Part shown: positions 58,267-64,000 of the stretch, piece after piece
Layout of the letters: each line of letters starts with the position of its first letter
Position numbering within the stretch: the first letter of the stretch is position 1
Assembly: GCA_965112635.1 (NCBI GenBank)
Contig: OZ218778.1
Span: forward strand, 480,001 to 544,000
Source of the DNA: an uncultured bacterium
GTDB lineage: Bacteria > Oederibacteriota > Oederibacteriia > Oederibacteriales > Oederibacteriaceae
DNA: 64,000 nt
Direction of reading: 5' to 3'
Notes under the pieces: model-generated
The model's database searches: none
The model's input: only the letters and a program-made list of their open reading frames with translations
Told to the model about the DNA's origin: nothing
Program-made: the position numbers and the translations under genes

Positions 58267-59178
58267 TTATTTTTCAATCCTGACCATTGTTTTGTTGACC
58301 AGATGGTGCGGGTGGTAGGAGAGCTTGGCTTTGCGCAGGCCCAAATCCCCCATATCCTGCTCGCGGTTGACGAACTGGTAACGCCCCAGCATTTTTTCGC
58401 AGAACATCTGGTTCAAGGCCTGGTAAACACCCTTCAAAGTGGGGTCGGCTTTTTCCACATGGACTACTGCTGTCTCTGGATTGAGCTCCCCGGCAATGGT
58501 ATAGGCCCGCACCTTACCCTCGACCTTCAAAACCGCTCCAAAAATATCCAAGTCGCCCATATGTTCCAGCAGCTGCAGGGTCATATCATTGTCCTCTTTG
58601 AGCAGGGTCTTGGGCACCTCGCCCTTTTTGGCGTTCCAGCAATGCTGGAAAGCCACGCATTCCGGCACCATTTCCTTGGTCAAAGGCAAGAATTCAAAGG
58701 CATTCTGGCTTTGGAACTGCTTGACCAGGTTTTTTTTGCTGTGGTATTTGTTGCCTTTGAGCTCGACCAGGTCACTCCTCAGGTAAACATAGTCCGCGCT
58801 GTCCCTCAGCTCCTCAGTAGCGAGTCCGGGGATGGCCTCCTTAAGAAGTTGAGCCTGTTCCTCATTGAAACCAAAGGCTTTGGGTTCTTTTTTCTCCTGT
58901 TTTTGCCACTCCAGCATATCTTTTACCGTTGCCGTGAATTCCTTATCGCCCACCGGAGGGAAAAAGTAATGGTTATCCTGCGTTTCCACAAATAGTGCCA
59001 GATTGCCCCTGAGCCGGGTGACCCTGACCTGGTAGGAATTCCTCCAGCCGTACATTTCCGTAAAGTTCAGGTCTGAGATGGCCGCTGGATATTTTGCCAG
59101 GCTTTGCTGGATGACCTCTTTATGTTCCAGTCCAAGCGCGACAAACCGGGGAAATTCGGGAAGTTCTTCAAAATTCAT
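58267..59178 (-). CDS. DUF2156 stand-alone aminoacyl-transferase-like protein
   Basis: DYVY...LKGNKY, HVEKA, NREQDMGDLGLRKAKLSY. Confidence 0.88.
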   Translation of the reverse strand: MNFEELPEFPRFVALGLEHKEVIQQSLAKYPAAISDLNFTEMYGWRNSYQVRVTRLRGNLALFVETQDNHYFFPPVGDKEFTATVKDMLEWQKQEKKEPKAFGFNEEQAQLLKEAIPGLATEELRDSADYVYLRSDLVELKGNKYHSKKNLVKQFQSQNAFEFLPLTKEMVPECVAFQHCWNAKKGEVPKTLLKEDNDMTLQLLEHMGDLDIFGAVLKVEGKVRAYTIAGELNPETAVVHVEKADPTLKGVYQALNQMFCEKMLGRYQFVNREQDMGDLGLRKAKLSYHPHHLVNKTMVRIEK

Positions 59179-59230
59179 TTTTAACCTCTTTGACTATGTA
59201 TTCACGGAGGCTATCGGATATGGATCGGGA

Positions 59231-61648
59231 TTAGCCTTTAATAACGACATTGACCAACCGGCCGGTGGCCCGGCCGACATAGATGACCTTGACGATCTGT
59301 TTGCCCTGGAGCGCTCCAATAACCTCGGCCTGGGCTTGCGCTTTGATCTCCTCTTCACCCGCGGAAGCCGGGACCTTGAAAGTCTTTTTGAGCTTGCCGT
59401 TGATCTGCACCGGCACCTCTATCTCGTTCTCCTGGGCCAGAGCCGGGTCAAATACCGGCCACTTTTCCAGGGACAGCGGTTGTTTTTTGCCCAGCTTGCT
59501 CCAGAGCTCCTCGCAGAAATGCGGGGTAAAAGGAAAGAGCAAAGCCAAAAATTTCTCCCAGGCTCCCCGGCCTATCTTTTCCAGACCTCCCAAATGGTTG
59601 GCCAGCTCCATCAGGGCCGAGACCGCGGTGTTGAACTTCAAAGACTCTATCCTCTCGCTTACGCTCTGGATGGTCTGATGGACGGCCTTGAGCGTCTCCG
59701 GGCTGTCCGGCGTTGGAGCGACCTTGTCCTGCATGGCCCATACCCTTTGCAGAAAACGCGACATGCCGATCAAGCCCTGGGTGGACCAGGGTATGGCCTG
59801 GTCAAAGGGCCCCATGAACATCTCGTAGAGCCTGAAGGTATCGGCCCCGTATTTTTCCACGATCTCGTCCGGGTTGACCACGTTGCCCCGCGACTTGGAC
59901 ATCTTCTCGCTGTTTTCCCCCAAAATAAGCCCGTGGGAAGTCCTTTTTTGGTACGGTTCCGGGGTCGGGACCACACCGATATCAAAGAGGAATTTATGCC
60001 AGAAACGGGAATACAAAAGATGAAGGGTCGTATGCTCCATCCCGCCGTTGTACCAGTCCACCGGCGTCCAGTATTGGAGCTTCTGAGGGTCTGCCAGAGC
60101 CCTGGTATTGGCCGGGTCGCAATAACGCAGGTAATACCAGCTCGAACCCGCCCAGTTGGGCATGGTGTCGGTCTCCCGCTTGGCCGGCCCTTTGCATTGA
60201 GGGCAGGTGGTGTTGACCCAGTCCGTCAGGGCCGCCAGGGGCGACTCGCCGGTCTCTGTCGTCTGGTATGCCTTGACCTCGGGCAATAAGAGAGGAAGCT
60301 GGGATTCCGGCAGAGCCACCCATCCGCACTTGGGGCAATGGACCATGGGTATGGGCTCGCCCCAGTAGCGCTGGCGGGAAAAGACCCAGTCCCTGAGCTT
60401 GTATTGTACCGAGGCCTTGCCAATCCCTTTTTCTTCGATATACCGGGTCATCTTGACGATCGCCTCACTTGGCTTGAGGCCGTTGAGGATGTCTGAGTTG
60501 ACCAGGGTCCCCTGTTCTATCTCCGTAAAAGCCGCCTTGGCCACATCCCCGCCGGAAATGACCTCGATGATGGGCAAATTGAATTTTTTGGCGAACTTCC
60601 AGTCGCGGTCGTCGTGACCCGGCACGGCCATGATGGCGCCGGTGCCGTAGGAAATGAGCACGTAGTCGGCGATAAAAAGCGGCACCGGCTTTTGGGTGAC
60701 CGGGTTGATGACGGTCACGCCTTTCATCTCCACGCCCGTGACCTCTTTGTTCATTTCGGTGCGCTCAAAATCCGACCTGCGGCCCGCGTCCTCGATATAT
60801 TTCCTGATCTCCGCCTGATTGGAACACTTGGGCAGCAGCTCCGCCACATAGGGGTGCTCCGGGGAAAGCACCATGTAGGTGACCCCGTAGATGGTGTCCG
60901 GCCGGGTGGTATAGATACGCAGGGACTTATTGAGGCTGGGGATGGGAAATTCCATCTCCGCGCCGGTGGACCGTCCGATCCAGTTCCTCTGTTGGGCTTT
61001 GATCTTGTCCAGGAAATCTATGGTGTCCAAGTCGTTGAGGAGCCTCTCGGCATAGGCCGTGATCTTGAGCATCCACTGTTCCCTGCTCTGCCGCGTGACC
61101 GGACTGCCACAGCGTTCGCACACTCCGCCTACCACCTCTTCGTTGGCCAGCCCCACCTTACAGGACGGGCACCAGTTGATGGCTATCTTGCTCTTGTAGG
61201 CCAGCCCCTTTTCCCAGAATTTCAAGAAGATCCACTGGGTCCATTTATAATACCCGGGGTCCGCGGTGTTGACCTCCCGCGACCAGTCAAAGGAAAAGCC
61301 CAGCCTCTTGAGCTGCCGCCGGAAGTTGAGGATGTTCTTTTGGGTCACATCCCGGGGGTGCTGCTTGGTCTTGATGGCGTAATTCTCCGTGGGCAGGCCG
61401 AAAGCGTCCCAGCCGATGGGGTAGAGGACGTTAAAATCCTGCATCCGGCGCTTGCGCGCCACCACGTCCAGGGCCGTGTAGCTCCTCGGATGCCCCACAT
61501 GCAGACCCTCGCCCGAAGGATAGGGGAATTCGATCAAAAGGTAGTATTTGGGCTTGGCCGGGTCGTCCAGAGCTTTAGCCGCGCCCCGCTCTTCCCAGAC
61601 TTTCTGCCACCTGGACTCTATCTCAGAAAAGCTATATTCTGCCGCCAT
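59231..61648 (-). CDS. leuS: Leucine--tRNA ligase
   Basis: FPYPSGEGLHVGH, RQRYWGEP, KMSKS. Confidence 0.97.
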   Translation of the reverse strand: MAAEYSFSEIESRWQKVWEERGAAKALDDPAKPKYYLLIEFPYPSGEGLHVGHPRSYTALDVVARKRRMQDFNVLYPIGWDAFGLPTENYAIKTKQHPRDVTQKNILNFRRQLKRLGFSFDWSREVNTADPGYYKWTQWIFLKFWEKGLAYKSKIAINWCPSCKVGLANEEVVGGVCERCGSPVTRQSREQWMLKITAYAERLLNDLDTIDFLDKIKAQQRNWIGRSTGAEMEFPIPSLNKSLRIYTTRPDTIYGVTYMVLSPEHPYVAELLPKCSNQAEIRKYIEDAGRRSDFERTEMNKEVTGVEMKGVTVINPVTQKPVPLFIADYVLISYGTGAIMAVPGHDDRDWKFAKKFNLPIIEVISGGDVAKAAFTEIEQGTLVNSDILNGLKPSEAIVKMTRYIEEKGIGKASVQYKLRDWVFSRQRYWGEPIPMVHCPKCGWVALPESQLPLLLPEVKAYQTTETGESPLAALTDWVNTTCPQCKGPAKRETDTMPNWAGSSWYYLRYCDPANTRALADPQKLQYWTPVDWYNGGMEHTTLHLLYSRFWHKFLFDIGVVPTPEPYQKRTSHGLILGENSEKMSKSRGNVVNPDEIVEKYGADTFRLYEMFMGPFDQAIPWSTQGLIGMSRFLQRVWAMQDKVAPTPDSPETLKAVHQTIQSVSERIESLKFNTAVSALMELANHLGGLEKIGRGAWEKFLALLFPFTPHFCEELWSKLGKKQPLSLEKWPVFDPALAQENEIEVPVQINGKLKKTFKVPASAGEEEIKAQAQAEVIGALQGKQIVKVIYVGRATGRLVNVVIKG

Positions 61649-61768
61649 ATTTCTCCCTTTAAATGAAAAAACCCGCGGGCTGCCCCTTTTTTAGGGTATT
61701 TGTTCAGAGCCTGCCGCGGGGATGTTCCTAGTTGTTTCGATAAGACCCTGCCTTGGAGGCCGGGAATT

Positions 61769-62851
61769 CTATTCTCCCTCGGTGCTTTCTATTTCATTGC
61801 CGGGACGGACGGGCTCTTTGGACCAGACCACCTGGCCGATGCTGCTCTGGTCCAGCGTGGACAGAACCCTGATCTCTCCCTTCACGACGAGCGAAGTGTT
61901 GTCCTCGGTTTTAGCCTTACCCCTTTTGATGACTTTGAATATATCGTTGACCTGGACCCCCTGCTCGCTCCCCAGGTCTAGGTAAACGATGTCCCCGGCT
62001 ACATACAGCGCCCTGTCATCGCCGAGATTTTGGAAATCGTTCTGTCCGGCCAGCACCAGGCCCTTGAGGACCTTGTCCTTTTTAGGTTTGGCGCTCTTAC
62101 TGGTCTGCCAGGAGCCCTTGAAAACGATCTTGTCATCGACCTCCGCGGCCTGGAAAGAATCTTTGAGGGCGCCGGTGGCGATATCGCCTTCCAGGCTTTG
62201 GATCACTCCTGCCGCCAGAGGTTTGATCTGAACTCCCGAAACCTTGGATTGGCGCAAGCGCACGGGTAGGACATCGTGGTAGACGATAAAGGTCTGCCCC
62301 ACCCTGGCCTTTTTGGGGTCTTTGAGCTTGATCATGACCAAGTCGTCGGTTCCGAACAGGGTCTGGCTCGGGTTGGCGCCCGCGACGATCTTGCCGTCGC
62401 TCTCGAACTGCTTGGGAGCGATGAACCCGCTCCGCTCCAGCACGGAGATGTGGCCGGGCCGATACGGCAGCTCCGGGGTTATGGTCAGCAGGGCTCCCGC
62501 CTCAGGTACGCTGGGATTGACAGGTGCCGGGACCTCGGGAACCTGCTCGGTTTCGGCCTCATTGACTTTTTCGTCCGCAGCTTTTTCTATGGGTTTAGGG
62601 GTGGGAACAGGGGTCGGGGTCGCAGTCTTTTTAACGGGCGCCGGGGTAAAGGTGGCCGTAAAAGGCGCCTGGGTCGGGGAGAGCGTCGCCGTGGCCGTAG
62701 GAGCCAGGGTCGGCTCTTCCGTGGGCAGGTCGGGGATCTCCAGCTCCATGGTTTGTGCGGCCCAGACCGGCGCGACCAGCAGCAGGATAAGACCGGTCAA
62801 GCTCCATAAAGGTCCCGTTAGCTTATGATGTTCTTGGTGAATGGCTTTCAT
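61769..62851 (-). CDS. Secreted hypothetical protein with a Pro/Thr-rich linker and a FlgT-C-like tail
   Basis: Signal peptide, PT repeats, VYLDLGSEQGVQVND; ATG at 62851 overlaps the upstream TAA. Confidence 0.7.
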   Translation of the reverse strand: MKAIHQEHHKLTGPLWSLTGLILLLVAPVWAAQTMELEIPDLPTEEPTLAPTATATLSPTQAPFTATFTPAPVKKTATPTPVPTPKPIEKAADEKVNEAETEQVPEVPAPVNPSVPEAGALLTITPELPYRPGHISVLERSGFIAPKQFESDGKIVAGANPSQTLFGTDDLVMIKLKDPKKARVGQTFIVYHDVLPVRLRQSKVSGVQIKPLAAGVIQSLEGDIATGALKDSFQAAEVDDKIVFKGSWQTSKSAKPKKDKVLKGLVLAGQNDFQNLGDDRALYVAGDIVYLDLGSEQGVQVNDIFKVIKRGKAKTEDNTSLVVKGEIRVLSTLDQSSIGQVVWSKEPVRPGNEIESTEGE

Positions 62852-63276
62852 TACATCCTTCCTGCGTTGATATCGTTGATGCGCATCTTGGCTTTGGTAG
62901 CCCATTCGGAATCCGCGAAATCAGGGTAATTATTGACGCAATTCTGGTAGTGCTGCCGGGCTTCCATGAAATTGACCATGCTCTCGTAGCATTTACCTGC
63001 CTGGTACTCCGAGATCTGGCCCAGCTGGGTATTGGGGCACTTGTCAATAATCTCCGCGTAAATGGTGACGGCCTTGGGATTGGCTCCCAGGACCTGGCAG
63101 TATCTGGCCACCGTGAACTTATGGTCGGCTTCCCAGGTGTCTTTGGCCGGGTCATGGCCCTTGGCGTGGGCGTTGATATAATCCAGCCAGTGCGCGCTAC
63201 AGTCTTCCGGGGCCAGCAGCGCGTACAACCCGCCCACCAAGATAAGGCCAAAAACCACCCATAAAAGGCCTTTCAC
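62851..63276 (-). CDS. TPR-like periplasmic protein
   Basis: N-terminal transmembrane segment; AGKCYE...YPD..W repeats typical of BamD/YbgF-like TPRs. Confidence 0.7.
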   Translation of the reverse strand: MKGLLWVVFGLILVGGLYALLAPEDCSAHWLDYINAHAKGHDPAKDTWEADHKFTVARYCQVLGANPKAVTIYAEIIDKCPNTQLGQISEYQAGKCYESMVNFMEARQHYQNCVNNYPDFADSEWATKAKMRINDINAGRM

Positions 63277-63295
63277 AGGGAAATCTCCTCCCTTT

Positions 63296-64000
63296 TTAAA
63301 GCGCCGGTTCCAGTTCCAGCGCTATTTCTTCCAACAAAAGCTGGGATTCCTTGCCGATCTCAAAAACGATCTGGGAATATTTCCTGTCCAGAGTCGTGGC
63401 CTGTTTCCATTGATAAACGGCTTTATCATACCATCCTTTTTGGTAGTAGGCTACACCCAGCCCGTAGTGCGCCTGGGCCCGTAAATCCTTTTCCAGGGGG
63501 TTGGGAAGTCGCGTGGACTCCAGGATGCGTTGGAACAGCTGTGCCGCGTCGCTCCACTTTTTCAGCCTGATGCTGGCCAGCCCCGCGCCCAAAAGAGAGG
63601 GTAAGTGGCCAGGTATAAGCTGCAACGCCTTGTCCAGGTCCTGCAGAGCCTGACCGTCCTCCCGCAGGGACAGATGCATCAGCCCGCGGTTGTAATAGGC
63701 CTGCCAGTAGTTCTTGTCCAGTTGGAGCGCCTTGCGAAAGGCCTCCCGGGCCTGGCTGACCTTCCCTGTCTCGGTGAACACCACTCCCAGGTGGGAATAG
63801 GCCGGATGGTATTTGAGGTCCAGGTCCACGGCCTTGTGGAAACTGGACAAGGCGTCCTCGAGGAGACCCAGCGCCCTGAAGCACAGCCCCAGCTGGTCAT
63901 GGCTGGCGGCCGAACGCGGCTCCATGGCCAAAAACTTTTGGCCGGCCTCCAGGGCCTTTTCCGGGTTGCCCAGCTTGAGATAGATCTGGGACAGCAAATG
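63296..64000 (-). CDS. TPR-repeat protein (5' end outside window)
   Basis: Multiple LG...A...A.LDP-like TPR repeats. Confidence 0.85.
   Translation of the reverse strand, partial: HLLSQIYLKLGNPEKALEAGQKFLAMEPRSAASHDQLGLCFRALGLLEDALSSFHKAVDLDLKYHPAYSHLGVVFTETGKVSQAREAFRKALQLDKNYWQAYYNRGLMHLSLREDGQALQDLDKALQLIPGHLPSLLGAGLASIRLKKWSDAAQLFQRILESTRLPNPLEKDLRAQAHYGLGVAYYQKGWYDKAVYQWKQATTLDRKYSQIVFEIGKESQLLLEEIALELEPAL

Noticed and set aside
61649-61768. T-box leader for leuS
   Set aside because: Too short, and no GGTGGnACC T-box consensus.

Overview
Bacterial chromosomal window from a diderm with an LptD-like barrel, a PorV-like protein and a Pro/Thr-linker protein carrying a T9SS-type C-terminal domain. 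Nearly all genes are on the minus strand. The right part (about 14.9-64 kb) is mostly housekeeping and envelope genes: rfbD/B/C/A, rmd-like, ugd, GT4, pgi, rsgA, accD, GAF/HD-GYP, phoH-ybeY-dgkA-CNNM, aspS, hisS, an LpoA-like lipoprotein, a sugar catabolism cluster, PPIase, lepB, a UvrD-nuclease fusion and leuS. Three toxin-antitoxin pairs are interspersed across the window. The accessory island (about 4.1-13.3 kb) holds a tightly coupled AT-rich operon: truncated type IIG-like RM/methyltransferase C-terminus, NurA-like nuclease, HerA ATPase and DUF3800-like protein, followed by a long hairpin. This is the best candidate for an uncharacterised defence system. An IS3-family element (itself interrupted by an IS256-family element) has removed the operon's 5' end, and an iteron-like ACTAGTGTCA repeat cluster lies nearby. 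Other signals include a probable ATT start codon, a two-state RBS-sequestering RNA leader and a duplicated promoter-like element. No tRNA, rRNA or CRISPR array was recognised. All family calls come from motif recognition by eye, not database searches.
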